In this document: positions 45,281 through 55,857 of the stretch, in pieces
Layout of the letters: every line of letters starts with the position of its first letter
How positions within the stretch are numbered: position 1 is the stretch's first letter
Origin: Spirochaetota bacterium
Lineage (GTDB): Bacteria; Spirochaetota; Brevinematia; DTOW01
NCBI GenBank assembly: GCA_025061835.1
Contig: JANXAC010000001.1
Span: forward strand, 76,684 to 140,683
Direction: 5' to 3'
Length of the DNA: 64,000 nt
Translations under genes and position numbers: made by a program
Notes under the pieces: generated by a model
The model's input: only the letters and a program-made list of their open reading frames with translations
Told to the model about the DNA's origin: nothing
Databases searched by the model: none

Positions 45281-45670
45281 CAGGTAAGTTCTTAAACTAT
45301 TTTTATCTAACTTGCTCTTTCTTCTAGACGGTTTTTTAGTTAAGAGGCTCATTCAGCACTAAAGTATTCAAATATTGTAACAAAAGAAATGCACTTGGTT
45401 ATGAATTTTTATATGAGTTTCGGGGCTTTGTTACTGAGTTAAGGTTTTATTTCTTGCAACTAGGAGATGATTGCTTTGAGGCAAAATCTTTGTGTTAGTT
45501 ATTTTACAGTAGTCCGAGATATTGTACACTGAATCTCTATTTTACTTCTAGAGTTCAAGGAACTCCTTTTAAAATCTTTAGGCTATATGGTAATTCAAGA
45601 TAACTTGAAATTTGTGAAGGTATCCTTTGCACTCCAACGATTATATCGAAGTTTTCAGATTTGCTTTGAA

Positions 45671-46645
45671 TTACTTGTTTCTTAACTTTCTGTGCCAATT
45701 CCAAGCGTGATTAATTATATCTTCAATACCATATTCTGGTGTCCAGTTCAAAACCTTCTTTGCTTTGTCACTCTTTGCTATTAGGATGGGTGGATCTCCA
45801 GGTCTTCGCTCAACTTCTTCAACTGGGAAGTTAATCTTCGTAACTTTCTTGACTGTATCTATAATTTCTCTTACGCTAAAGCCTGTTCCATTACCTAGAT
45901 TGAAGTAGTTTGAGCTATTACCTTGAAATAGGAATTCAATACCTTTTATATGTGCGGTTGCAAGGTCATTTACGTGAATGTAGTCTCTTATACAAGTTCC
46001 GTCTGGGGTAGGGTAGTCAGTTCCGAATATCTTTATTGACTTTCTGATTCCTAGTGCAGCATCTAAAATGAGGGGTATAAGATGTGTTTCAGGCTCGTGT
46101 GCTTCACCTAGTTCTCCATCAGGGTCTGCACCAGCAGCATTAAAATACCTAAACGCAACATACTTAAGTCCGTGTGCATCAGAATAATCTTTTAAAACCT
46201 GCTCTATCATCCATTTTGTTCTACCATAGGGATTTATAGGATTTTTCACTTCTTCTTCATCTATAGGAACATTCTCTGGCATTCCATATACTGCAGCGGT
46301 TGATGAGAATATTATTTTATCCACTCCAACATCAAGCATAGTATCAAAAAGGTTTAAAGCATTATACAGGTTATTCTGGTAATACTTTCTTGGGTTTTGA
46401 ACTGATTCACCTACCTCAATGTAAGCGCAGAAGTGCATCACGATATCAATCTTGTAGTTCCTTAAGGTAAGTTCTAATTGTTTTCTATCACCTATATCAC
46501 CAAGAACAAGCTTACCATATTTTGCAAGAAATTCATAACCGTGAGATAAGTTGTCATATATTATGACATTATAGCCTTGTTTTGAAAGCAACTTACAAAC
46601 ATGAGAACCGATATACCCGGCACCTCCTGCTACCAAAACATTCAT
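45671..46645 (-). CDS. galE: UDP-glucose 4-epimerase
   Basis: GGAGYIGSH, FSSTAAVYG, YGRTK, RYFNAAGA, PETHLIP, DGTCIRDYIHV. Confidence 0.97.
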   Translation of the reverse strand: MNVLVAGGAGYIGSHVCKLLSKQGYNVIIYDNLSHGYEFLAKYGKLVLGDIGDRKQLELTLRNYKIDIVMHFCAYIEVGESVQNPRKYYQNNLYNALNLFDTMLDVGVDKIIFSSTAAVYGMPENVPIDEEEVKNPINPYGRTKWMIEQVLKDYSDAHGLKYVAFRYFNAAGADPDGELGEAHEPETHLIPLILDAALGIRKSIKIFGTDYPTPDGTCIRDYIHVNDLATAHIKGIEFLFQGNSSNYFNLGNGTGFSVREIIDTVKKVTKINFPVEEVERRPGDPPILIAKSDKAKKVLNWTPEYGIEDIINHAWNWHRKLRNK

Positions 46646-46655
46646 ATAGACCTCC

Positions 46656-47636
46656 TTATATCTTCATTTTCATAACTTCCCTAACTTCTTCCATAGTTTC
46701 TCTTGCAATTTCTCTAGCCTTTTTTGAGCCTTCCTTTAGTATATCAATAACTTCATCAATATTTTTTTCGTAGTATCGCCTTTTTTCCTTTATAGGTGAG
46801 AGTTTTTCTATTACTTTCTTGGCTATTCTATCCTTACATTCTACACACCCTATCTTCGCAGATGTACATTCATCAATCACTGTGTCAAGAATCTCTTGGT
46901 AGAATATTTTGTACAGAGGAAACGTTTTACAATTGTCAGGATTACCAGGATCAGACCTTCTTATCCTATTCGTATCAGTAACCATTATCTTGATCTTGTT
47001 GTATATTTCTTCCTCGCTATCTTTAAAGTAGATTGCATTATTGTAGCTTTTACTCATCTTGCGACCATCAGTTCCATAGACATGTGCTACCTCACCTAGA
47101 ATTGGTTGCGGTTCTGGAAATACCTCTCCGAAGAGATAGTTAAACCTTCTTACAATCTCTCTGGTTATCTCAAGGTGTGGCAATTGATCCTTACCAACTG
47201 GAACTCTGGTTGCCTTGTAGATCACAATATCGGCTGCTTGTAAGACAGGGTATGCTAGAAAACCAATGTTGTTTAGGTCTCTGTCTTGTAGATTTTCTTT
47301 AGTTTCTTTATAAGTAGGATTTCTCTCAAGCCAGCCTATTGGAGTTATCATTGAAAGGATTGCAAAAAGTTCTGAATGCTCTGGAACCATTGATTGAACG
47401 AAGACAACACTCCTGTTAGGGTCTACTCCTGACGAAAGCCAATCTATAACCATCTCTAAAGTAAGTTCTCTAAGGTTTATATTTCTGTCAAAATCTGTAG
47501 TCATTGCGTGTAAATCGGCGACCATATAAAAACACTGATACTTATCTTGTAATTCTACCCATTGCTTGAGTGCTCCAATATAGTTACCAAGGTGTAGGTA
47601 CCCAGTAGGTCGCATTCCACTCAAAACTCTCTCCAT
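46656..47636 (-). CDS. trpS: Tryptophanyl-tRNA synthetase
   Basis: SGMRPTG.LHLGNY (HIGH), YPVLQAADI, VPVGKDQ, KMSKS. Confidence 0.97.
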   Translation of the reverse strand: MERVLSGMRPTGYLHLGNYIGALKQWVELQDKYQCFYMVADLHAMTTDFDRNINLRELTLEMVIDWLSSGVDPNRSVVFVQSMVPEHSELFAILSMITPIGWLERNPTYKETKENLQDRDLNNIGFLAYPVLQAADIVIYKATRVPVGKDQLPHLEITREIVRRFNYLFGEVFPEPQPILGEVAHVYGTDGRKMSKSYNNAIYFKDSEEEIYNKIKIMVTDTNRIRRSDPGNPDNCKTFPLYKIFYQEILDTVIDECTSAKIGCVECKDRIAKKVIEKLSPIKEKRRYYEKNIDEVIDILKEGSKKAREIARETMEEVREVMKMKI

Positions 47637-47781
47637 AAACTAATTTTGTATGAACTATTGGTTCATTTCACAAGAAATTTAAAAAAATACTTGAAGGCTC
47701 TTTGACTTTATCTTACTAAATTGTTATTTTTGAAATTAGGATGTATTTCTTAAATAATACTAGATAGGTTCAGGTAAATTT

Positions 47782-48300
47782 ATGACTAGTTCAAGCATAT
47801 CTATACATTTTACCTCTGATGGTATTTTAGTGAAGGTTATAGGTAAGGGGGTGGTTGAGTATTGCCGAGACCTAAAAGAAGATTTAGAAAAACTAGTTCA
47901 AGAGTATGAGAAACTTAATATTTACTTTGACTTATCCAAAGCTACACATCTTGACAGCACATTCATAGGACTGATGGTAGTTTTTGATAAGAAGCTCTCC
48001 AACAGTGGGAAAGGTTCTTTATTTATTCTAAATCCTCCCCCGAAAATAATAGAGATACTATCTTCTATGGATCTTATAGATATACTAAAGATAACTAATA
48101 TAGATGTTCATGTTATAGGCAAATACAAAGATGTTCAGGCTAATATCCAAAAAGATATCGTTGAGCTTAAATTACTTATAGAGACACATAACCATCTTAT
48201 ACAAACAGGTGAAAGGAATAAGGAATTATTCTCTTCGCTTGAGAAAGCCCTGAGGGAGGAACTCAAAAGATATGAACAGGAAAATGGAGAAAACAAGTAG
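47782..48300 (+). CDS. STAS-domain protein with C-terminal extension
   Basis: YFDLSKATHLDSTFIGLM motif; overlaps the downstream phosphatase gene. Confidence 0.85.
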   Translation: MTSSSISIHFTSDGILVKVIGKGVVEYCRDLKEDLEKLVQEYEKLNIYFDLSKATHLDSTFIGLMVVFDKKLSNSGKGSLFILNPPPKIIEILSSMDLIDILKITNIDVHVIGKYKDVQANIQKDIVELKLLIETHNHLIQTGERNKELFSSLEKALREELKRYEQENGENK

Positions 48301-50050
48301 CAATCTGTCAAGAATTCTTGAGATAAACAAAAAGATAAATTCGTATTATGATTTGAGAGATATTTTAGAAAACATTTTGTTATCTGCTAGGGAGTTATTT
48401 AACGCATCGGGTGGATCAATCCTTCTGATTGATAATGACAAAAATTTTTTGAGTTTCAAGGTTGTTCATGGTGATGGCAAAGATAAATTAGAAGGATTGA
48501 AGATACCTGTGGATAAAGGCATAGCAGGATATATATTTTCAACTCAAAACCCTGTAATATCCAATGATACAGCGAATGATCCTCGTTTCTTCAGTCAGAT
48601 TGACAAGATAACAGGTCTTAAAACACAGAAAATAATAGGTGTCCCTCTGGTAAAGGATGGAGTGTCTATAGGTGTTATTGAGATCGTGAATAAGGTAGAT
48701 AACAGTGATTTTACAGAGGATGAACTAGAACTTTTGAGAATATTTGCCGAACAAGCAGTAATAGCTATAAACAACGCCATAATGCTTAAGAAGATAAAAG
48801 ATAGAGCTAGAGAACTAGAATATCTATACAATATAAGTAATTCAACTATATCCTCAATACAAAATACGCAAGAAGTTTTCCAAAGTATAATCAAAACTGT
48901 GTCTGAGATAACCAAGGCAAAAAAAATTTCAATAATGACCTTTGATGAAAAAGAAAGAATATTGAAGGTTGTGTCTTCAGTAGGTTTGGAAGAAGAGATT
49001 ATGGATTCCCTATGGGTCAGCATTGACGACCTTAAAAGTCCTGCGGTTGTATCGTATAAAGAAGGTAAGCATATATTGATGGAGAATGTTGATATAGACC
49101 CCATATTCGGACCTAACAAATCCTCAAGGTATAAGGCAAACTCATTTATGATTTTCCCCATAAGGACTCATAATGATATTGTAGGTGTTTTAAATATAAC
49201 TGAAATCCCTGATGGTTTAGGCAAAGTTGAGAAAGAAGATATTGAACTTTTGCAGTTGATAGCTAATCAGATAGGTTATGTCTATGAAAGCATAAGAACC
49301 TATCAGAGAGAGATAGAGAAGAAGGCACTAGATAGAGAGTTAGAAGTGATGAGAAAAATACAGATGGAAATGTTACCATCCAATTTTGATTTCGGGACTA
49401 AATTGGATGTTTATTTCTATGTTGAACCTTATAAGGTGATAGGTGGTGATTTCTATGATGTTTTTTATGTATCGGATGGCAAGTTATGCTTTTTCCTTGG
49501 AGATGTTTCTGGAAAGGGATTACATGCTTCAATATTTATGGCAGCAGTAAAATCAACTCTAAAAGCATTATCCTTTGAATTCAAAGAGCCGAAAAGAGTT
49601 TTAGAAGCATCAAACTCAATAGTATTCCAGTATTCTGAAACTAGCATGTTTTCCACACTATTTTTCGGTTTAATAGATATTGAAAAAATGACGCTTAAGT
49701 TCTCTAACGCAGGACACGGACAACAATTGCTAATAAGAAACGGTGATGTTATACCTCTTTATAACAAAGGATTACCGCTATGCATCTATGATAATGTTAC
49801 TTATGAGCAATCCGAAATTCCTATTCTGAAGGGGGACTTGATTGTTGTTTATTCTGATGGTATCACAGAGTCGGTTAATAGCAATGAAGATATGTTTGGT
49901 GAAAATAGGATTATTGATATCGTGAGCAAGAACTATCACCTTTCTTCCTATGGTATAAGTCAGATTCTACTTACTACTCTCAAAAACTTCAAGGTTGAGA
50001 ACCCAAACTATGATGATGACATATCTCTAGGAATTATAAAGATCCTTTAG
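48272..50050 (+). CDS. GAF-GAF-PP2C (SpoIIE/RsbU-like) serine phosphatase
   Basis: Two GAF domains (GIAGYIF, IGVIEIVNK, FTEDE); PP2C IGGDFYD, GDVSGKG, NAGH, YSDGITE, DDDIS. Confidence 0.93.
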   Translation: MNRKMEKTSSNLSRILEINKKINSYYDLRDILENILLSARELFNASGGSILLIDNDKNFLSFKVVHGDGKDKLEGLKIPVDKGIAGYIFSTQNPVISNDTANDPRFFSQIDKITGLKTQKIIGVPLVKDGVSIGVIEIVNKVDNSDFTEDELELLRIFAEQAVIAINNAIMLKKIKDRARELEYLYNISNSTISSIQNTQEVFQSIIKTVSEITKAKKISIMTFDEKERILKVVSSVGLEEEIMDSLWVSIDDLKSPAVVSYKEGKHILMENVDIDPIFGPNKSSRYKANSFMIFPIRTHNDIVGVLNITEIPDGLGKVEKEDIELLQLIANQIGYVYESIRTYQREIEKKALDRELEVMRKIQMEMLPSNFDFGTKLDVYFYVEPYKVIGGDFYDVFYVSDGKLCFFLGDVSGKGLHASIFMAAVKSTLKALSFEFKEPKRVLEASNSIVFQYSETSMFSTLFFGLIDIEKMTLKFSNAGHGQQLLIRNGDVIPLYNKGLPLCIYDNVTYEQSEIPILKGDLIVVYSDGITESVNSNEDMFGENRIIDIVSKNYHLSSYGISQILLTTLKNFKVENPNYDDDISLGIIKIL

Positions 50051-50065
50051 TCTTCAATTCAGTAT

Positions 50066-50761
50066 CTATTTCCTATAGTCCATAACTAGAACCAACTTGT
50101 CATACTGAAGATCTGATGGTTGAATGAAATAGTTCCAGTCATTCACCCTAATTTTGTTCTCAAAGTATTCCAAGAATTTATCAACTGGGTCTATATTCCA
50201 TGTCTGTGTTATATTTGTTTTGTAATGCATAGGTATCACAACTTTTGGTGATATCTTGAATACAATATTTGAGGCTACTCTAGCGTCAATAGTGAAATAT
50301 CCTCCTACAGGGACAAAAATGACATCAACCTTCCCTATTCTGGTTATATCTTCTGGCTTAAGGTCATGTCCTAGATCTCCTAAGTGACAGACTCTCAACG
50401 GAACTGCTGTATCATGGAATTCAAGAACAAATATTGAGTTCTTACCTCGGTCTTTACCCATACTCTCATCGTGATATACTGAAACATTAAATATTCTTAT
50501 TCCCATATAGTTTGTATCAATACCTACCCAACTACCATTATTTACTCCCTTGAATACTCTTGGCATACCCAGTCCCATCCTAGCATTACTGTGGTCAAAG
50601 TGTTCGTGTGATATTGTTATTATATTACACTCCACTGGTTCAGTGTTATAACCAACAGATTTATCAAAAGGGTCAGTAAGAATTCTAGTTCCTTTGTCTG
50701 TCTCAAGTAGGAAACAAGAATGTCCTAGGTAACTTATCTTCAATACACCGTTAATGCCCAT
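50066..50761 (-). CDS. Metallo-beta-lactamase-fold hydrolase
   Basis: YLGHSCF, TDPF, SHEHFDH, HLGDLG, IPMHY; GAGGAGG SD before ATG 50761. Confidence 0.9.
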   Translation of the reverse strand: MGINGVLKISYLGHSCFLLETDKGTRILTDPFDKSVGYNTEPVECNIITISHEHFDHSNARMGLGMPRVFKGVNNGSWVGIDTNYMGIRIFNVSVYHDESMGKDRGKNSIFVLEFHDTAVPLRVCHLGDLGHDLKPEDITRIGKVDVIFVPVGGYFTIDARVASNIVFKISPKVVIPMHYKTNITQTWNIDPVDKFLEYFENKIRVNDWNYFIQPSDLQYDKLVLVMDYRK

Positions 50762-50792
50762 AATCAAAGTCCTCCTCAATCACAGGATTATT

Positions 50793-51284
50793 TTATTCCA
50801 TAACTTTGAGATTTTCAATATTAATTGTTTTGCTACCGCCGTCGTAGATGATTGTTATATGTGTATCATAACGAATATCGGTGACACTGACATCAATGGG
50901 TGTTAGAATTCTTCTACTCCCATATTTATTGGTTATCTCAATTGTGATACTATTTGGTAATACAGGTTCAAATATTATACTAACTTTATCTCTGTGTGGT
51001 CTTGATATTCTTATGTTATATTTAAAGTTATCTCCTTCAATAACATCTTTTATAAGAAAGTTATCACGCACAAAAAGATTTTTTATGTCGTTCAAGTCTA
51101 CAACACCCAATAGGAACATTACAATTACTATTGCTATAAACGGCATGAATATCCAACGCCTCAGGTATTTCTTCCTCCTTTGATCCTTTTCAAAATGTTC
51201 TATATGGCGATTAAGTCTTTCAAGGTCTTCTTCCTTCAAGTGATAATAATCTTTGTATTGAGGTGGTAATTTTATCTTGTTCAT
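50793..51284 (-). CDS. Hypothetical single-pass membrane protein
   Basis: 163 aa with one hydrophobic helix (WIFMPFIAIVIVMFLLGVV). Confidence 0.6.
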   Translation of the reverse strand: MNKIKLPPQYKDYYHLKEEDLERLNRHIEHFEKDQRRKKYLRRWIFMPFIAIVIVMFLLGVVDLNDIKNLFVRDNFLIKDVIEGDNFKYNIRISRPHRDKVSIIFEPVLPNSITIEITNKYGSRRILTPIDVSVTDIRYDTHITIIYDGGSKTINIENLKVME

Positions 51285-51286
51285 TC

Positions 51287-52336
51287 CTAAAACCTTAGCT
51301 CTCCTAGCAAAGACACTCTGAACGATGGCAACTGATTAGTAGAAGTATTTAAAACAAGAAATATTGGTTGTAGTTTTATCAATATGTTGTTATTCTCAAA
51401 ACCTATAAAAGCGCCTAGTTCTGATGAAATAGATATTAGCGTAACTGGTTGTAAAATGTTGTAAATACTGATTATACCTTCAGCACCTATCATTATACTT
51501 CTAAAGAATGATAATCCTATAATGGACCTTATATCAACATCCGAAATATCATTCGTTCTTTGTAATCCTTTGTATATTAGAGGTTTGACTAATAGTGTTA
51601 ATATCTCTTCAAAACCCCATGAATTATCTGCAGAATAGAAATTTAATCTCTGTTCTACTAGAGCATATAACCTATCTGAACTTAGTGATATGTTAGTCAA
51701 ACTTATACTATCAATCCCAGCAACTATATAAGCATTAAGAGATCTAAAAAATGTTTTAAGCTCAACTCCTCCTCTTAAGAATCCTTCAGATATTCCTGAA
51801 AATATTGAGAGTTGAACATCTCTGTATCTACCAACCAACTTAAGTCCCAATGAACCTATTCCTGGTTCAAAAGGACTTCTGTAGATATAGGAACTTATCA
51901 ATATTGCATCTGATAACAACGATAGATCAAGATTTAAACCAGTCCCAGTTATGACATACCATCCCTTGAAGTCAAAGTATTCTGACAACTGATAGAAGCG
52001 CGTCTGTAAAGATGATAAATAACCAAGATATTCCTTGTTTCCATACCAGTAGTAAAGTTTGAAAATATTAAATACATCCACAAAAAACTCTACTTTCTCT
52101 ACAATCACCGAAACATTAGATATGTCACCATAGGATATAGGTGTAAGGATTATCCCACCGCCATACTTATTCCCGCCATTTATATCTAGTAGTATGTCAG
52201 AGTAGAATAGAGTATTAGTTAAGAATAAATGTGAGTATGCTTTCAAGGATGAGGTTATAACAATCTCTGCATCGGATTGCATGCCTAGTGTAATTAATAA
52301 GACTACAAGTAGTAAGACTACTGGTAATTTATTCAT
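51287..52336 (-). CDS. Hypothetical outer-membrane beta-barrel-like protein
   Basis: GAGGAGGT SD before ATG 52336, signal peptide, amphipathic beta strands, C-terminal Phe (GELRF). Confidence 0.6.
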   Translation of the reverse strand: MNKLPVVLLLVVLLITLGMQSDAEIVITSSLKAYSHLFLTNTLFYSDILLDINGGNKYGGGIILTPISYGDISNVSVIVEKVEFFVDVFNIFKLYYWYGNKEYLGYLSSLQTRFYQLSEYFDFKGWYVITGTGLNLDLSLLSDAILISSYIYRSPFEPGIGSLGLKLVGRYRDVQLSIFSGISEGFLRGGVELKTFFRSLNAYIVAGIDSISLTNISLSSDRLYALVEQRLNFYSADNSWGFEEILTLLVKPLIYKGLQRTNDISDVDIRSIIGLSFFRSIMIGAEGIISIYNILQPVTLISISSELGAFIGFENNNILIKLQPIFLVLNTSTNQLPSFRVSLLGELRF

Positions 52337-52456
52337 AAATAGTTCTACCTCCTCATAAAATATTATACTATAGTCTAACATCTTGAATAAAATTATTTGA
52401 TGATAACTTGTAGTATATCTCTACATCTGATTTAAGGTTTTTCAAACAAATTTGAA

Positions 52457-53779
52457 ATGGTACTCTCAACATCTTCAGAATATATGAATATGAAAGTAGA
52501 GTCAGAGGAGAGAGAACTAGGTATATTCCTCTATAATGTGGATCTATCAGAAGATGAGATAAGGGAGATAGAAAATAAGGTAATAGATACTTGGAGAAAG
52601 AATGCTAACATCCCAGGATACAGAAAAGGGATGGTTCCTTTAGAGGTGCTGAAGCAGAGATACTCAAAAGAGATTTATAGAGCATTTGAAGACATGCTGG
52701 AAGACAGAGTAATCTCAGAAGCCAAGAAAAGACATCCATATCCTGTAGATAAAGCTAAGATAATAAGGAGGTATAGAAATAAGAGTAATAGTATAATAAA
52801 AATACCTGGACAGACAGAAAATGATACAGTATTATTCACTGTCAAGGTTTCTAGCCAGACTTCTTTGATACCAAAAGATGAGAATGAGCTAATAGAAAAG
52901 ATCAAAAACATAAGTTTTGTCTCTTATAGTCTGAATGCTGAAACAATAGACTTTGAAGAACTAACAAATCTGTTTTTCTCTTCAAGTAGGGTTGAAAGAC
53001 ATATTGACGACAAGAACCTCAATAACTATGTAGTTGAGATGATAGTAGAATTTGAAGAAGGTAGTCACTATGTTTTAGTTATTCTACCTCTAGAGCTTTT
53101 TCCAGAAACTGCTAAACATCTGCAGTCAAAGAAGATTTCTCAGGAGATTGAACTTCCTATTGATAACAAACTTAAGAATACACTACAAAATTACTATAAC
53201 TCTATCTATGATGAACCTTTGAAGTTAGGAAATAAAATCAAGGTAAAGTTATTCGGTATTTTCGCACTAGACAGAGATAGAAATATTATTGAGAACAATG
53301 TAAGAGCATTTTCGGAAGACCCCTTGACTTTAAGAAACTTCCTATCTGAAAAACTAAAGAACAAGATAAATTCATTCAACTCTTCTAGGCTCATCAACAA
53401 GGTAGTCAGAACTGTGATGAGTAATTCAAAAATACATATCAGTGAGACGGAATATCTCTCCGAACTGTTAGAACACATATCTTGGTCGCTAATACAATAC
53501 AGTGACCTTCCTATACACATATCTAGTCTCGCTATTGATTTGAACTCATACCTTCCAAGATCATTAGAGAGGTTGATAGTTGATAATGTCATAAAATTCA
53601 TATATAAAACTTTCATAGGCAACATCTACAAAATAGACAAAACAAATGATGTAGAGGTTTACTCAAAAGTCTATCAAAAACTTTTAGAGATATGTAATAT
53701 AACTAACAAAAATATCAGCTATAGAGAACTAAAGGAAGAATTTCCTTTCTTATTATATGAGTTTATATTGGATAAATGA
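52457..53779 (+). CDS. Highly diverged trigger-factor-like protein
   Basis: N-terminal ribosome-binding signature IPGYRKGMVP (cf. GFRxGxxP); TF-like length; FKBP motifs not recognisable; start may be 52484 or 52490. Confidence 0.65.
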   Translation: MVLSTSSEYMNMKVESEERELGIFLYNVDLSEDEIREIENKVIDTWRKNANIPGYRKGMVPLEVLKQRYSKEIYRAFEDMLEDRVISEAKKRHPYPVDKAKIIRRYRNKSNSIIKIPGQTENDTVLFTVKVSSQTSLIPKDENELIEKIKNISFVSYSLNAETIDFEELTNLFFSSSRVERHIDDKNLNNYVVEMIVEFEEGSHYVLVILPLELFPETAKHLQSKKISQEIELPIDNKLKNTLQNYYNSIYDEPLKLGNKIKVKLFGIFALDRDRNIIENNVRAFSEDPLTLRNFLSEKLKNKINSFNSSRLINKVVRTVMSNSKIHISETEYLSELLEHISWSLIQYSDLPIHISSLAIDLNSYLPRSLERLIVDNVIKFIYKTFIGNIYKIDKTNDVEVYSKVYQKLLEICNITNKNISYRELKEEFPFLLYEFILDK

Positions 53780-53791
53780 GGAGGTAAGATT

Positions 53792-54100
53792 ATGTACTAC
53801 CTTATAGAGGTTCAGGGTAAGCAATACAAAGTAAAGCAAGGAGACTACATTACAGTAGATAACTTAAATCTTGAGAAGGGTAGTAAAGTTGTGTTTGACA
53901 AGGTTCTTGCCGTCGTTGAAGACAAAGGCATAGAGTTTGGACAACCTTATGTTAAGGGTAAGAAAGTTGAGGGTATCGTTGAAGAAAACTTCAAAGGAGA
54001 AAAGATCGTAGTCTTCAAATACAGACACAAAGTTAATTGGCGAAGAAAGTATGGTTTTAGACCACACCTTACAAAGGTTAAGATAACATCTCTTTCGTAA
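53792..54100 (+). CDS. rplU: 50S ribosomal protein L21
   Basis: GKQYKV, GQPYVKG, KGEKIVVFKY, GFR..TKVKI. Confidence 0.96.
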   Translation: MYYLIEVQGKQYKVKQGDYITVDNLNLEKGSKVVFDKVLAVVEDKGIEFGQPYVKGKKVEGIVEENFKGEKIVVFKYRHKVNWRRKYGFRPHLTKVKITSLS

Positions 54101-54858
54101 TGGATAGTCTTGAAAGATGGATTTCTAATACCAAACCAACGATAGTTTATCTTACCGTTGGCTACCCTTCTTTTGAGGAGAGCGTTGAAATAGCAAGGTT
54201 TATAGTTAAAAACAAATTTGCTCAAATGATAGAGGCAGGTATCCCCTTCTCCGATCCGATTGCAGATGGTGAGGTTATACAATTCTCAACTCAAAAAGCA
54301 CTTGAGAATGGAATAAACATTAACCATATCGTGAAATTCATAAGCATCTTAAAATCTGAATTCAATATTCCTGTTTTTGCGATGGGATACTACAATCCAA
54401 TCTATGCAAATCTTGAAGCAAATCTTCAGAAATTATCATCCGTCGGTACCGATGGTCTCATAATACCTGACATAAATGTTGAGGAAGTAATTAGAATTAA
54501 TCCACTGTTAAAGAAGTATAACCTTAAGATAGTAGGTTTTGTTGCTCCTAATACCTCAAGAGATAGAATAAAGAAGATAGTTTCAAACTCAAGTGGTTTC
54601 ATATACCTAGTTAGTTCCTATGGAACTACAGGTATCAGAGAAAGATTGGATTTAAAACTTTTAGAAGAGGTTGTGAAGAATATAAAATCTTTCAAAAATA
54701 TACCTGTTGCTATTGGATTTGGTATAAGAGATATGAAGACTGCGAGGGAAGTAAAGAACTTTTGCGATGGAGCAATAATAGGAAGTGCTATAATTAAGAT
54801 TGTTGAAGAAAATCCAAAGAATTACATTGATAAGATTGAGGAGTTTTTTGGGTCATAA
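54100..54858 (+). CDS. trpA: Tryptophan synthase alpha chain
   Basis: EAGIPFSDPIADG, MGYYNP, GFIYLVS.GTTG, IGFGI, DGAIIGSA. Confidence 0.96.
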   Translation: MDSLERWISNTKPTIVYLTVGYPSFEESVEIARFIVKNKFAQMIEAGIPFSDPIADGEVIQFSTQKALENGININHIVKFISILKSEFNIPVFAMGYYNPIYANLEANLQKLSSVGTDGLIIPDINVEEVIRINPLLKKYNLKIVGFVAPNTSRDRIKKIVSNSSGFIYLVSSYGTTGIRERLDLKLLEEVVKNIKSFKNIPVAIGFGIRDMKTAREVKNFCDGAIIGSAIIKIVEENPKNYIDKIEEFFGS

Positions 54859-54938
54859 GTATCATTTGACAAGCCATCCTCAGTATTTTGTAGATTTAAT
54901 TGAAATCTAGATGCCATCATAGTAAGAATAATCTTAAG

Positions 54939-55649
54939 GTGAAAACTGTTATTGAATTACTCAAAATCGCATATACCCTTGTTCTTTTACCAACAGTCAT
55001 TATTCTCACAATCGTTATAGGACTAACCGCTATTACTATTAGTTTTTTCTCCAAAAGGGTTGCACACTACTTTGAGAAGTTATACTTCAACTGCATACTA
55101 ACTGTCACTTTTACTAAAGTTAATGTTGAAGGTATTGAAAATATAGAGAATACAAAGAATTATGTTGTTATTTCTAACCATCAGAGTGCTTTTGATATTG
55201 TAACTTTATCTGCTAAACTGCCTTTGAGGATAGTGTGGGTTTCAAAAGAGTCTGTATTTAAGATACCAATCATAGGTCAGTTTATGAAGTCAATGGGTTA
55301 CATATCCATACCTAGAGAGAAAATAAGAGAGTCAATAAATGCAGTTAAAGAAGGTTCAAAGAAAATCAATGGTAGTCCTACGATATTTCCAGAAGGAACA
55401 AGGTCAAGCGATGGAAGACTTCAGAAGTTCAAAAAGGGATTTCTTATCATAGCAGAAAATACAGGGCTAGACATACTACCAGTGGTAATAAAGGGAACCA
55501 TAAACATTATGAGAAAGGGATCTCTAGTGGTTACTCCTTTCGTTAACGTCTCTCTCAAAATACTACCTCCTATAAGGAATGATTATGTCATCGGCAATCC
55601 TAACATACTTGAAGAATTGTATTCATTATACATCTCAAACTTGTCATAA
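54939..55649 (+). CDS. plsC: 1-acyl-sn-glycerol-3-phosphate acyltransferase
   Basis: SNHQSAFD and FPEGTRS motifs; GTG start at 54939 assumed (track start 54900). Confidence 0.9.
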   Translation: MKTVIELLKIAYTLVLLPTVIILTIVIGLTAITISFFSKRVAHYFEKLYFNCILTVTFTKVNVEGIENIENTKNYVVISNHQSAFDIVTLSAKLPLRIVWVSKESVFKIPIIGQFMKSMGYISIPREKIRESINAVKEGSKKINGSPTIFPEGTRSSDGRLQKFKKGFLIIAENTGLDILPVVIKGTINIMRKGSLVVTPFVNVSLKILPPIRNDYVIGNPNILEELYSLYISNLS

Positions 55650-55857
55650 AAGTTCCCAAAACTCAACATAAGTTAAACATTTACCAATTGACAAAAAGTT
55701 TAAACGGATAAATCGGATTACGAGTCCCTATCTACTTCCTACAATTATCTTATTATACCAAAATAAATTCTAGTTTCTTCCCTACTTCCCATGTGAAAAA
55801 CAGTAATTAAAATTTGTAGAGTGTTAATGGTTAATCTTAATTTCTCAAGTAACAAAA

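Noticed and set aside
39220..55737. AATCGGAT-N9/10-CTATCTACTT seen at ~39220 and ~55711
   Set aside because: Only two instances in different contexts (upstream of fabD versus between convergent genes); spacing does not fit a sigma-28 promoter
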